Below, in pieces: positions 13,850 to 27,979 of a DNA stretch of 64,000 nucleotides (positions are counted from its first letter, which is position 1; each line of letters starts with the position of its first letter). Below the pieces are notes generated by a model. The model was not told the origin of the DNA. It saw nothing but the letters and a program-made list of their open reading frames with translations, and made no database searches. This DNA comes from Mobula hypostoma (Eukaryota): NCBI RefSeq assembly GCF_963921235.1, contig NC_086097.1:10602001-10666000 (forward strand). Reading direction: 5' to 3'. The position numbers and the translations under genes are program-made.

Positions 13850-14176
13850 CATGTCATTTTGTATGACATAGGCAATCTCATGGCCATGATTGATCTTGGC
13901 AAATTTTTCTCCAGAAGTGGTTTGCCATTGCCTTCATCTGGGCAGTGGCTTTACAAGACGGGTGACCCCAGCCATTATTAATACTCTTCAGAGATTGTCT
14001 GCCTGGCATCAGTGGTCGCATAGCCAGGACTTGCAACATGCATTAGCTGCTCATATGACCCTGATCAGGGGACTAGCAGGTGCTACATCTTGCCCAAGGG
14101 TGACCTGTGGGCTATCAGATGAAGGGAGCACCTTACACCTCCTATGGTAGAGATATATCTCCACCCTACCACCCAG
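13850..14176 (-). mobile_element. RTE-related non-autonomous element
   Basis: Reverse complement of 37190-37560; contains the GAAGGCAATGGCAAACCACTTC motif typical of RTE/BovB-like ends. Confidence 0.6.
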
Positions 14177-16754
14177 GTTGCACTTTAGGAGGAGAATAAA
14201 AGGAGAAAGTATACAGTGAATGGAAGCAGCTGCACAACGTTGAGGAGCAGAAGTATCTTAGGTCAAGGTCCATAGATCCCTCAAAGTTGCCATGAAAGTG
14301 CTAGCGTGGTTAAGAAGACATATGGTATTCTGGCCTTCAGTAGTTGCGAGATTGATTTCAAAAGCCACAAGGTTAAGTTGCAGCTCTATAAAACTCTGGT
14401 TGGACCACAGTCAGAGATTTAAGTCCATTTTTAGTTGCCTCATTATAGGAAGGATGTGAAAGCTTTAGAGAGAGTGCAGAGGAGATTTGCCAGGATGTTG
14501 CTGAATTGGAGAGCATGTCTTATGAGGGAAGGTTGAGCAAGCTATGGCTTCTCTCTTTGGAGCAAAGGAGACTGAGAGGTGATTTGATAGAGGTGTATAA
14601 GATGATAAAAGGCATAGATAGAGAGCACAGGCAGTGCCACCTTCAAGGGTTGCAATGACTAATATGAGAGGACAAATCTTTAAGGTGATTGGAGGGGTGT
14701 ATAGATGGATTGACAGATAGAAACTTCACTGATCCTAAAGGAAATTGCAGTGTCACAATAGCATTACAAGTGCACAGATATACAAATATTAGAAGGGAAA
14801 TAAGAAGGAATTTAAAAAATAATTTACCTCAAACAGTCTAACAGGAGGGGGTCATCACTTCCCCGGCTGTAGATTGACTCATTAATGAGCCTAATGGCCG
14901 AGGGTAAGTATGACCTCATACAGCGCTCTTTGGAGCAAAGCAGTTGTCTCAGTCTATTACTGTTCAACCTCTATTCAACCAAGGTAGCATGCAGAGGGTG
15001 AGAAACATTGTCCAGAATTTTCTGTAGGGTGGTTAATAAGTCATGTAGTATGCTGGTCTTCGTGATAGGTGCATAGAAAGGGCCCAAAGGATCACTGGGA
15101 CCCGAGTCTCCGCAAACACAAACTGTTCCAACTGCTACCATCCTGGAAATAGTACCACAGCATTAAAGTCAGGACCAATAGTCTCCGGGACAGCTTCTTC
15201 CACCAAGCCATCAGACTGATTAATTCAGGCTGACAAAATTGTATTTCTAATCTATATTAACTGTTCTGTTGTACATACTATTTATTACAATTACTATAAA
15301 TTGCACATTGCACATTCAGACAGAGACATAACATAAAGATTTTTACTCCTTGTGTATGTGAAAGATGTAAGAAATAAAACCAATTCAATTCAATTCTTCA
15401 GAAGTAGGTTTTTTACACAGAGAGTGACAAGCGCATGGGACGCACTGTTGTGGGTGGTGGTAGACGTAGATACATAGACGTAGGGACATTTAAGAGACTC
15501 TGAGATAGGTATATGGATGAAAGAAAAATGGAGGAGTTTATGGGAGGGAATGGTTAGATTGATCTTGAAGTAGGTTAAAAGGTCGGCACAACTTTATGGC
15601 CTATACTGCGAGGTACTGTTCTATATCTGTCAATTCAGAAAGTATGTTATTTATAAAGCAGAGGTGCAAACTACAGTAATATCAACCAGTAAAAGCAGTG
15701 ATTTTATCTGAAAAACACAACATAACAAATAGTTCTACTGAAATTATTTGCATAAAATTCAGTCACACCTTATTATCACTAAACTTGATTACCTGGGGAG
15801 TTACCCATTCAGTCTGCCTGTGTCGTGGTGCTTTTAACACATAAAGCCCTTTACAGTGTATTCCAAGCTCTGCTAGTGTATTACTGTTTTCACATAGTAT
15901 AACAATGAAGAATTTAATTTCTAATTTGTTCAGGTAGCTAATTGTTGTCGAAGTACTTACTAATGATTATCACTGGTGTCCAATGATCAGATGTCCTCAG
16001 CATTCCTGTTAATTCCAGTTGCAATGTTTTAAAATATTCAGTGTTAATGACTCATTGATAAATGTCTATTGACACAAACAGACAATTGCCTCGAGGACCT
16101 TTCAATGAGATAGCCCAAACACAGAATTTCTACTCTTTCTGCATTTGCAATGAGAAAATAGAACATTCATCTGTATTAATAAATAAATATGGAGATTTTT
16201 TGTGATAAAGGTCTATTATTATTTCCAATTTATTTAGTAGGGCATCCATTAATTAACACCGGTGAATTGGTTGATTAATAGTAGTTTGACAGGAGTACAT
16301 TAACTAAACTGAAGCAATTGTGGCCCCATACAAGCTAGGAATGCAAATTTTATAATTGCACTGCAATGGTAACTGTTTTACAGAACAATTTATTTAACTA
16401 TGTCAGTGCCAGTGAGTGGCTTTGCACACCACAATGTCCTCTGACAGTAGGTATACATGACAAGACACCAGAAAACACAAACAGTTTCCATAATGTCAGC
16501 AGCCATCTCTTGGCAAAGGCAGATATCAAAGATAAAATTTATAATTCACTTTAATACGTCAGAACAGTCTTTGGTTGATTGAGAAAAAGAGTAACTGAAG
16601 TTCCAATTAAATTGGGAATTGCAGGACAGCGGGTCTTGAAGGGCTGGAAGGAGTTACTATACGTTGTATGTCAATAAATAACTAACTAATAAGCATTGGG
16701 AACAAAATATATAATCTACTCAGTATCTATAATCCCTGTTTTCCTCGTTGCATA

Positions 16755-17365
<611 letters not shown>

Positions 17366-17369
17366 TATA

Positions 17370-17465
17370 ACCCCATCTAGCACCAACAGTCATTAGCCGG
17401 TCAAAGTCACTTAGATCACATTTCATCCCCATTCTAGTGCTTAACCTGAACAACAATTGACCATG
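17370..17465 (-). mobile_element. Tc1-like transposon fragment
   Basis: MGMKCDLSDFDRLMTVGARW matches the transposase N-terminus at 56430. Confidence 0.65.
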
Positions 17466-17466
17466 A

Positions 17467-18001
17467 GATGAAGCCACACTCAGGTTGGAGGAACAACACC
17501 TTATATTCCGTCAGGATAGACTCCAACCTGATGGCATGAACATTGACTTCTCTAACTTCCGCTAATGCCCCACCTCCCCCTCGAACCCCATCTGTTACTT
17601 ATTTTTATACACACATTCTTTCTCTCACTCTCCTTTTTCTCCCTCTGTCCCTCTGACTATACCCCTTGCCCATCCTCTGGGTTTCCCCCCCTCCCCCTTT
17701 TCCTTCTCCTTGGGCCTCTTGTCCCATGATCCTCTCATATCCCTTTTGCCAATCACCTGTCCAGCTCTTGGCTCCATTCCTCCCCCTCCTGTCTTCTCCT
17801 ATCATTTTGGATCTCCCCCTCCCCCTCCCACTTTCAAATCTCTTACTAGCTCTTCCTTCAGTTAGTCCTGACGAAGGGTCTCGGCCTGAAACGTCAACTG
17901 TACCTCTTCCTAGAGATGCTGCCTGGCCTGCTGCCTTCACCAGCAACTTTGATGCGTGTTGCTTGAATTTCCAGCATCTGCAGAATTCCTGTTGTTTGAG
18001 T
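17467..18001 (+). mobile_element. Penelope-like element 3' end (pLTR)
   Basis: DEATLRLEEQHLIFR..RLQPDGMNIDFSNFR* followed by UTR with a hammerhead core at 17864-17899. Confidence 0.88.
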
Positions 18002-18819
18002 CTGATGGTCCTGGTTTGGATGCTATGTAACCTCCTCCCTGAAAGGGGTGGGACAAACCATCCCTGATGATGTTACTGGCCCTTTTCTGGTACCTTTCTT
18101 GATAGTGGGCAGGCTGGAGTCAGAGATGCATTGGGCAGTCTTGATTTCCCATTCAGAACCTTCCTGTCAGCTGCAGAGCAGCGTTGCCACCAAGCAGTGA
18201 TGCTGCTCCCTATTGCACATCTGCAGAAGGACATAAGTAATGCTACATGAGTCTGTAATGTATAGCAAGCAGATAAAAAATATGAACATGGAGTAGGTCA
18301 GGGAGTGAAGAGCTTCTGCCATTATAAAGTCTCTTCTGGAGAAAAGGTAAGGAAGTTCAAATATGTATTTGAACATTTGACTGTGGATTTGAAATAGTCT
18401 CCGCCATCAGTTGAAGTTTGAAACTTTTAACTGTTAATAATTCTGAACTTTTTCAGAAGGAGAGCTTTCTCTTATTAATTTACAATAAGTGTTAGGATTC
18501 TTGTTTTCATGATAGCTCTGTATGAATGTTGAGTGGGATTTGGTGACTCTGTCAACTTTAATAGTTATCTCAGATTGCCATCAAAAGCTGCAACTGTGTT
18601 ATTACCTCTCAAATCTTGTCAGAGGAATTGCTTAAGAATATTTTATTTTATGTGGCCCTACTCTTGCAGGAAAGTGCTGATTTTCAAATCAGTGACAACT
18701 GAACCTGACAGCCATCAGTTTGCAAAGTGAAGTAAGCGTTTTTTCATTTATGTAACTTTTAAAACGTGTTTGACATGTCAGCCAGGAACTTGCATTTGTT
18801 ATAGTCATAGAAGCTAATG

Positions 18820-20675
18820 TAGAATCATAAAGTTATAGAACACTGCAGCACAGAAACAGGCTCTTTGGCCCATTTAGTCCGTGCAGAACTATTCATTTTC
18901 CTTGTCCCATCGATCTGCAGACAGACCATAGGTCTCTGTACCACTCCCATCCATGTATCTATCCAAATTTCTCTTAAATTTTGAAATCAAACCCACATCC
19001 ACCACTCATTTCACAATCTCAACACCCTCCGATTGAAGAAATTCTGTTAGAAATCTGTTAGAATTCTTTGAGGAAATAACAAGCAGGATAAACAAAGGCG
19101 AATTGGTGAATGTTATCATCTTCAATTTTCAGAAGACCTTTGACACGGTGCCTCACATGAGTTTGCTTAATAAGATAAGAGCCCATGGTATTACAGGAAA
19201 GATGCGAGCATTGGTAAAGCAGTGGCTGATTGGCTGCCGGTGACTAATGGTGTTCCACAGGGATCTGTATTTGGACTGATTCTTTTTATGCTTCATGTCA
19301 ATGATTGAAATGACAGAATTGATGCCTTTGTGGCCAGGTTTGCAAATGACACAAAGATAGGTGGAGGACAGGTAGTGCGGAGGAAGCAGGGAGGCTGCAG
19401 AAAGACTTAAACAGATTAGGACAGTGACAAAGAAGTGGCAAATGGAATACAGTGTCAGGAGTGTACAGTCATGCACTCTGATAGAAAGAATAAAAGCATT
19501 GAACATTTCCTAAATGGGGAGATAATTCAAAAGTCTGAGGTTGAAGAGACTTGAGAATCCTCATGCAGATTTCCTTTAAGGTTAATTTGCAGGTTGAGGC
19601 AGTTAAGAGGAAGTTAAATGCAATGTTTCATTTCAAGAGAACTAGAGTATAAATCAGGAATGTAATGCTGAGGCTTTATAAGACACTGGTGAGGATGCAC
19701 TTGGACTATGGTGAAGAGTTTTTTATTTAAGAAAGAATATGCTGACATTGGAGAGCATTCAGAGAAGGCTCATGAGAATGATTCCAGTATGAAATGCTTA
19801 TCATGTGGGGTGCTTGATGGCTCTGAGCCTGTATTCGCTAGAACTTAGAAGAATTAAAGAAGATTTCAAAGAAACCTGTTGAATATTAAAAGGCATAGAT
19901 AGAGTGATGTGGAGAGGATATTTCCTATGGCCGGGATTCTAGGAATAGAGGCTCAGAAAGGAGGGAGATCCATTTAGAATGGAGATGAGGATGAATTTCT
20001 TTAGCCAGAGGGTGTTGAATCTGTGAAATTCATTGCCACAGGCAACTGTGGAGGTCAGCTCATTGGACGTCTTTAAGGCAGAGTTTGATAGGTTCTTGAT
20101 TAGTCAAGGCATGAAAGGTTATGGGGAGAAAATAGGAGAATGGGGTTTAGAGGGAAATGGATCAGCCATCATGAAATAGCAGAGCATAGTCGATGGGCCG
20201 AATAGCCAAATTCTGCTCCTACTTCTTATGGAATTTTCCCCTCATGTTCTCTTTAAATATTTCATCTTTTGCACTTAACCCATGACCTCTAGTTCTAGCC
20301 TCACCCAACCTCAGTGGAAAAAGCCTACATGCATTTACACTGCCTATAACCCTCAATTTTTTATACCTGTGTCAACTCCCCCTCTTTCTCCTGTGTTCTG
20401 GGGAATAAAATCCAAACCCATTCAATGTTTCCCTATAATTCAGCTGCTCAAGTCCTGGCAATATCCTTGTAAATTTTCCCTGCACTCTTTCGATCTTATT
20501 GAACAAAATTGCACACCATACTCCAAAATATGCCTCACCAACATCTCATACAACTTTAAAAATAACATCACAACATCTGTACTCAATATGTTGATTTTTG
20601 AAGGCCAATGTGCCAAAAGCTTTCTCTGTGACCCTATCCACCTGTGGCGTGACTTTCAAGGAATTATAGATCTGT
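18820..20675 (-). mobile_element. CR1-type LINE 3' fragment split by an opposite-strand CR1
   Basis: 3'UTR at 18820-19045 continues at 20235-20675 in the same orientation. Confidence 0.7.
19050..20232 (+). mobile_element. Degenerate CR1-type LINE (RT to 3'UTR), nested
   Basis: FQKTFDTVPHMSLLNKIRAHGI...RFANDTK... with stops and frameshifts. Confidence 0.8.
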
Positions 20676-22284
20676 ATTAGACCATAAAATATAGGAACAG
20701 AGTTCTGACATTTGGCCAATCGAGTCTGCTCTGCCATTTCATCATGGCTGATCAATTTTCATTCAGCCCAATCTCCTGCCTTTTCCCCAGACCCCTTCAT
20801 GCCCTGATCAATCAAGAAACTATCAACCTCTGTATTCAACATATGTAAGCACTTGGTCTCCACAGCCACATGTTGCAGTGAATTCCACAGATTCACTGCT
20901 GTTTGGCTACTTTGCTCTCCTATTATATTCCTTCTTCTCCAGCCCTTTACCTCTTCCACCTACCCCCCTTTACCTCTTCCACCTACCCCCCTTTGCAACT
21001 TCTCACTCCATCCCACCTTTCCCCTCACTGCTCTCACATATTACCTGCCAGCTTCGTTTTATAATGAATGAGTTTGTTGACACCTATAGCATTAGACTTT
21101 TCCTGGCTTTGTTAGTTATGCTTGAATTTTAACAAAAATATCCAACTGGAGCATATGATTTTGGAAACTCATTTGCAAAGAGCAGGAAATGAAGTACAAT
21201 ATCTACATTTGAACAAAAATGTTGTTGCAAGATCTGAGAGTGTAATCTCTCACAGAGACATTTGCCCGCCTCAGTGGGTATGAAGATTTCTGAGACCATA
21301 TTTTGATGAACAGGCAAGATTTATTGCTTATTTACTTATTATTATTATTATTTCTTTCTTTTTGTATTTGGACAGCTTGTCATCATTTGCACACTGGTCG
21401 AACACCCAGTTGGGGCAGTCTTTCATTGATTTTATTATGGATTTATTGAGTAAGCCTGCAAGAAAAGAAATCTCAGGTTTGTATCTGGTGACATATATGT
21501 ACTTCGTTAACAAATTTACTTTGAACTTTGAACTTTGAACTTTGAAGAAAGAGGTGTAAAAATTTAAAGGAGATCTGAGTGTAAAGTTTTTTTGTGTAAC
21601 AGTTGGTATTTATATAGGACAATCTGCTAGAAGAAATGGTTGACGCAGCTCCAGTTCCAGCACTTAAAAGGCATTTGAACCAGTACTTGTATCATAATAG
21701 AATAGAAGGATTCAAGCCTGATTTGGGAAACGGGAGCACCTGGAAGTAACCCACACGATCACTCCTTACAGACAGCGGTAGGATCTGAACCCAGGTCACT
21801 GGAGCTTCAATAACATTACAGTAACCACTACACTATGATGATGCTCCTATGGTACCATGCTGCCCCAGATATATCTGTCAACACCTTCAAACTCACAACC
21901 TCTATCAACAAGAAAGACAGGCTCATGGAAACACCACCATTCTCCTGGTTCTGCTCCAAGTCAGACACCATCCTGACTTGGAAATATGTCGACATTCCTT
22001 AAAAATTGCTTGTTTTAAATCATGGAACCTCTCACCCAACATTTTGGAAGGACCAGCACTAGAAGGAGTGGAATTATTCAACCACTTTTTCAAGTATTAG
22101 TAGGGACAGGCAATAAATTCTGGCTTGTCAGTGATACCCAGAATAAGAACATGAAAAACATGTGTACATCTTTTCTACATGTGTAGGACACATAAAACTA
22201 CAGGATGAACAATATTATCCAATCCCAACTCCCACCATTTACATGGTATTGGTGGTAAGAACGAAGGGGGACAAAGGTGAGAAC

Positions 22285-22383
22285 GTCCTGACGAAGGATC
22301 TCGGCCTGAAACGTCGACTGTATCTCTTCCTTGAGATGCTGCCTGGCCTGCTGCGTTCACCAGCAACTTTGATGTGTGTTGTT
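22285..22383 (+). mobile_element. Short PLE 3' fragment with intact hammerhead core
   Basis: GTC CTGACGA AGGATCTCGGCCT GAAA CGTC GAC followed by the PLE terminal sequence. Confidence 0.8.
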
Positions 22384-24169
22384 CCCACCATTTGCATTAG
22401 TCTGAATCAATCACCATTCATTCATACCAGCCAAAAGACCTAACGTAGAATTGAATAGAATGAGGGAGGAGCTCATTGAAACCTGCCAAATACAAAAATC
22501 CTATAGCATAGATTTTGACTGGATGCTTCCAATAGTGGGAGAGTCCAGAATCATAGGGCACAACATCAGAATAGAGGGACAATTCTTTAGAACAGAGATG
22601 AAGAAAAAAATTAATTTCTTTAAGTAGAGGGTGGTAAATCTGCGAGATTCATCACCACAGACAGCTGTGGAGGTCAAGTCATTGCATATATCTAAAACAG
22701 AGGTTGATAGGTTCCTGGTTAGTCAGGCTGCAAAAGTTATAGAGAAGGCAGGAGAATAAGGTTGAGAGGGAAAATAAGTTAGCCATGATTGAATGGTGGA
22801 GTAACCTCAATGGACCAAATGCCCTAATTCTGATTCTATGTCTTATAGTCTTAAAACCAGACTTCTGCCTTAGCAATGAATCTAATATGTATAATTTCCT
22901 GACACTTGACAACAGTTTTTCTGAAAAGAATAGAATAGAACTTCATTGCCATTGCTCAAGACAACGAAATTGCGGTGCTACTCAACTCCATGCAAAACAG
23001 GTATACATTGCATGTGGTATGGCTTAATTTTCAAAAATTCCCATGTTTACATGCAACAAATGACTTCAATAGTGCATAACACTCAAGGACCATTAGCAAG
23101 CTGGGAAGTAGCATTATTCAGCTGCACAATAGCCTTTGAGAAAAAGCTGTTTTTCAATCTTATTATCCTTGACTACGATGTTTCTGTCTCTCCTACCAGA
23201 TGGCAGAAGATAGTACAGAAAATGTCCGGGATGGGATGGGTCTTTAATGATGTTATGAGCATGCAGTAGGCATCGAGAGCTGTAATTGTCTCCAATTCCA
23301 GTAGTTGAGTCCCAGTGATGTGCTGAGTTGTCCTATTCACCTGATGGAGTGCTTTGTAATCTGTCTTGCTGTAGCTGGAGTATCACACTGTCATTCCATA
23401 TGTCAGTATGCTCTCAATAAAAGTTGGCCAGCAATTTTTGGTGCAAGTTAGCTCTCCTTAAGCACTTCAGGTAGTATAGTTACTGTTATGCCATCCCTAA
23501 GCCTTCTCAAATCATATCCTCCCATATTAAGTATTCTGCATTACAGGACCAAGTGCTAAGATCTGCCATCCCTGAACTGAGTTTGAATCCATATCATCAT
23601 TTTAAATTTCAATTTGAGGCTTGAATCAATAATCTTTTGATCCAAATATAAAATGCTATTGCACTCAAATTTCATTCTAATATAAAAATTAATGCTTAAT
23701 ATCAAAAATAAAAAGACTCCCATTAACTTTTATGGTGTCTGACATTTTTTATTTGCAAGAAAGAAGGCATTAATTCTAATGGGAAATATTAGTATGTTTA
23801 TCAAAAATTAACTAGGCACAATCTATGAAAATGTGACAGAATAGAGCCTGATTAAATACACATTATACTGTAATTGCTTTTAAGCTCAAAGGTAGTAGTG
23901 GACTGTTTAATCATTACAGATTGACATTTCCACTGTTTTGTTAAAATATGTTAATTCTGTTGCACTGGACAGCAATGTTTTTTCAAAAGGGTTGCTTGCT
24001 CCGAATTTTTTTTTTGTTTATGATAGACAGCTGGAAGCTGAACATAAATATAATTTCAGGTGACTTGTATCATATCGGAATTTGAAAAAACAAGAAAATA
24101 CCTTTTATTGAATATAATGTGTTTAATTGCATAATGGTGCTGATGTCTTGCAATAGTTCAACTAAGGTA

Positions 24170-24690
24170 AAAATGTTTTGTTGATGATTTTCATTTGTAC
24201 TCAGTGTCTGAGGTTTCTCACTTAAGTGTCTAACAATAATAAGCCAGATTTGATGAATTCCAGTTGTCCTGATACTATTTTTCCGTGACCAAAATGTCTA
24301 GGTGAAACCTTTCACCATGTTCATCACTGACAGTGCCAAAATTTGGGAATGCAGAAAATGAATCTTTAGTGACATGTTGCACTTCATGGTTTTGTAGCTT
24401 GAAGCATCTCGTCAACCAGCTGCATGTTTTTTGGTGCTCAATAATTGCCAAGAAAATTTTTTTTGAATAGCCTGTCACTGATGGCCTATTTGATTTTTGG
24501 AACAACAAAAATGTTTTCCTTAATCTTGTCATCTGACTTGAATTAGGAATTGAAATAACAAATATAGGCAATTTCAAAAACATGGTGCATGATAGAAAAA
24601 TTTCATGGTGATTTTCATGATCAGAAACTCAAATTCCATAAGATACAACCAAAAATATTCAGGAAGCAAATTCATTGCTGTCCAATGTTG
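24170..24690 (-). mobile_element. DNA transposon remnant, probably Chapaev3-type transposase C-terminus
   Basis: Across frames reads MKCNMSLKIHFLH...NFGTVSDEHGERFHLDI..TEK*YQDNWNSS; family assignment is from memory. Confidence 0.55.
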
Positions 24691-24759
24691 TTAGTATGTT
24701 GGACCAAATATTGCAAATTTAATCAAAAAGCTCCAAAACGTGGGCCTCTAATAAACGTG

Positions 24760-25460
24760 GGAACAACCTTGCACTCAGCATCAGTAAAACCAAAGAATTG
24801 ATTGTGGAGACCAGAAAAGGTAAGACGAGGAAACACATGACAATCCTCACTGAGGGATCAGAAGTGAAAAGGATGAGTAATTTCAAGTTCCGAGGTGTCA
24901 ACACTTCTGAGGATCTTTCCGAGGCCCAACATATCAGTGAAGGCATTTCAGCAGCTATATTTCATTAGGAGCTGAGGAGATTTGGTATGTATGTCACCAG
25001 AAACATTTGCAAATTTGTACATCTCTGTCTCGTTTGGGAAGGGGGCAATGCACAGGATTGAAAAGAGCTGCAGACAGTTGTAAACTCAGTCAACTCCATC
25101 ATGGGCACCTGCCTCCCCAGCATCCAGGATATATTCAAGGAGCGATGCCTCAGAAAAGCTGCATCCATCATTAAGGACCCCATTACCCAGAACATGCCCT
25201 CTTCTCCTTGCAGCCATCAGGGAAGAGGTACAGTAGCCTGAAGGCCAGACTTTCAATTATTTCAGGAATAGCTTCTTCTCATCTGCCATCAGATTTCTGA
25301 ATGGACATTGTACCCATGAACACTATTTCACTACTTTTTTCACTTTTTATACTAAATATTTAATTAAACTTTTAAAAATATATATCTTCTTACTGTAATT
25401 CAGTTTTTATTATTATGTATTGCAATGTACTGCTGCCACATAACAAATTTCACGACATTT
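24760..25460 (+). mobile_element. Rex1/Babar-type LINE 3' fragment
   Basis: KTKELIVE...FKFRGVN...LPSIQDIFKERCLRKAASIIKDP...PSGKRY motifs. Confidence 0.8.
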
Positions 25461-26138
25461 CTTTTAGATTATGAGAACACTCAGTCCTCTTTTATTGTCA
25501 TTTAGAAATGTATGCATGCATTAAGAAATGATACAATGTTCCTCCAGAGTGATATCACAGAAAACAGGACAAACCAAAGACTAACACTGACAGAACCACA
25601 GAATTATAACATATAGTTACAGCAGTGCAAAACAATACTATAATTTGATATAGAACAGACCATGGGCACGGTAAAAAAAAATTCTCAAGTCCCGATCGAC
25701 TCCCAAGTCCCCGAAAGCAGGCGGCAAAAGGGAGAAACTCCCTGCCATAAACCTCCAAGGCACCGACAACTGCTGATGCCTTGAAAGCAGCCGACCACAG
25801 CCGACACTGAGTCCATCCGTCCGAAAACTTCGAGCCTCCGATCAGCCCCTCCGATACAGCCTCCTGAGCGCCATCCTCTGCTGAGCACCTTTGATCTAGC
25901 CCCGAAGCAAGCAAAGCCGAGGATTCAGGTCCTTCTGCTGCGGAGATTCCGGTTACCATACAGTAGCGGCAGCAGCGAAGCGGGCATTTCAGAAGTTTCT
26001 CCAGATGTTCCTCCATACTCTCACGTCTGTCTCCATCAAATCAGAATTGTGCACGGTCCCCTACTTGACAGATTACAGATATCATTCACCGGAGAGGCCA
26101 CGTGCGCTGTGTCGCGCCGCCATCTTCTCCTCCTCCTC
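25460..26138 (-). mobile_element. Non-autonomous retroelement with CpG-rich 5' end
   Basis: Begins GGAGAAGATGGCGGCG, ends in an AATAAAA-containing tail, and interrupts the tail of the preceding Rex1 copy. Confidence 0.5.
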
Positions 26139-27657
26139 CATATGCCAGTGATATTAAACCTAATTTTGATTCTGAATTTTAACTGTTTTAAAATTGTCAA
26201 TGAACTTGTCTCAGACACTCTTTCCTTATACATTTTATACTCTCTGAGCTTTAACTTGACTTTGAATCTGAGATCGACAAACAGTAATGCTTGTTGAAAA
26301 CAATTTGAACTCGCCCATTGATAGATCCAAACTTTGAGTCATGAAGACCTTTTGGATTATTAACATTTAAATCTGTTTTTTTTTCCAGCCAGATAATGCT
26401 TGACAAATTTTCTCAGAATTATCATTGGTTTATCGAAGAAAGCATGCTAAATAATTCATTGTTTCCTCCTGTATTTATTTCAAATTATTCATAAATTCAT
26501 TGTTGTTTTGAGCTTTGACATTTATGGCTGTAATGTATTCTTAATACTGACCGTGCTCTGTGAGTAGATAATTATCAATTTCCATGTTACAAGTGACAGC
26601 CTGAGGTATTAATTAACATTTTCATTGTGTTTACTTTAATAATACATCCTAAATCATCTTTGCTCAAAAACTACCCTTTAATTAAAAATATTGATTTCCA
26701 ACCAATTCACAATCTTCCTTACATATCGTAGATCATGGTATTTAATGCACTTACATTGTTAAATATTTGACATTGAATGAATGTGTGAATAACTGAGAAT
26801 GTTTATTTAACTGAGTGTCAGATGTATAAAATAATAGATTTATTCTTTAGCACATTATTTAAAATTTTGTGTGTGTTGCTCTGGATTTCCACCATCAGTA
26901 GATTTTTCTTGTGCCTCTGATAACAGTAACCCACATTCCAAACATGTACAGTTAGGGTTGCTGAAATGTGGGAATGCTAAATCGGAGCTGGAATTGTGGA
27001 GATACTTGCAGGCTTGATTTGGTTTGATTGGGTTTGATGTAAAATGTTGAATATCACTGTATGTGACAAGTAAAGATAACCTTCCTTTATCTTTATCTTT
27101 ATGATAAACAAAGTATTTGCAAGATTCTTGTCTGAGTGACAGTGAAGGAATACATTCACCAAAGAATTTCAAGAGGATTTTGCTCCTGTGAAATTGCTTC
27201 CTTTGTCTTCTTACTGGCCTGCCGGTTCTGTTTGATGCATTGCTTTAGATCCTACAGATGATTCATTGCTGGAAGTAAACCTAACGACGTTCTGAGAGCA
27301 TGTGCACCCTCCCCCGAACACTCAAGCATACCCCAAAGATTACTTGTTCACCTGGTATTAAAAAAAACCACAGGCTCTCTTGCTCCCTAATAAAGGAAAG
27401 AGAGGTGCCCCCATTTCACAGCGAGAGGGGAGACATAACAAAACAACTCACTGATTTATGTGTTAAAAGTCTGTTGCATTGCTTTTTCTGAGCTCTGTGC
27501 CCAAAGCATTTGGGTCTCTGGGCACACAGCCGGCAGCCAGCTTGCTGCTTACGATCTTCCGTCTCTCACGACACATCTGGCAGCGGCACCGACCTCAAAT
27601 CTGCCTGCCTCCAGAGCCACGAAAATCCAGCCCTGAAGGCACACTAGTCTTTGAGGC

Positions 27658-27941
27658 CAGTGGTCCCCAACCTCCGGGCCGCGGACCGATACCAGACCGT
27701 GAAGAATGCAGCGGTACAGCAGTAGCTGGGACGCACCCGGCATATCTTTAAGAAAAAAACCGAAATAAACAAGCTAAGTAATTAGGTGCTGACATTTACG
27801 TGCTGTGCGACACCTAATTAATTAGCTTGTTTATTTCAGCTTTTTTCTTAAAGATGTGCTGGGTGCGTCCCAGCTACCGCTGCACCCCTGCATGCTTCAC
27901 GGTCCGGTATCGGTCCGCGGCCCGGAGGTTGGGGACCACTG
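27658..27941. mobile_element. hAT/Charlie-type MITE (long-TIR foldback)
   Basis: Termini CAGTGGTCCCCAACC...GGTTGGGGACCACTG; ~130-bp inverted arms; imperfect 8-bp TSD TTTGAGGC/TTCTAGGC. Confidence 0.85.
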
Positions 27942-27979
27942 TTCTAGGCCACGTCCTTGGCATATCGAAAAGTGGCTGG

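Larger units (their letters stand above)
12655..15630 (+). mobile_element. Old CR1-type LINE broken into pieces (12655-13040, 14177-14710, 15400-15630) by nested insertions
   Basis: Collinear CR1 RT/C-terminal segments resume after each insertion (…GTTGCACTTT | GTTGCACTTTAGG…). Confidence 0.7.
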
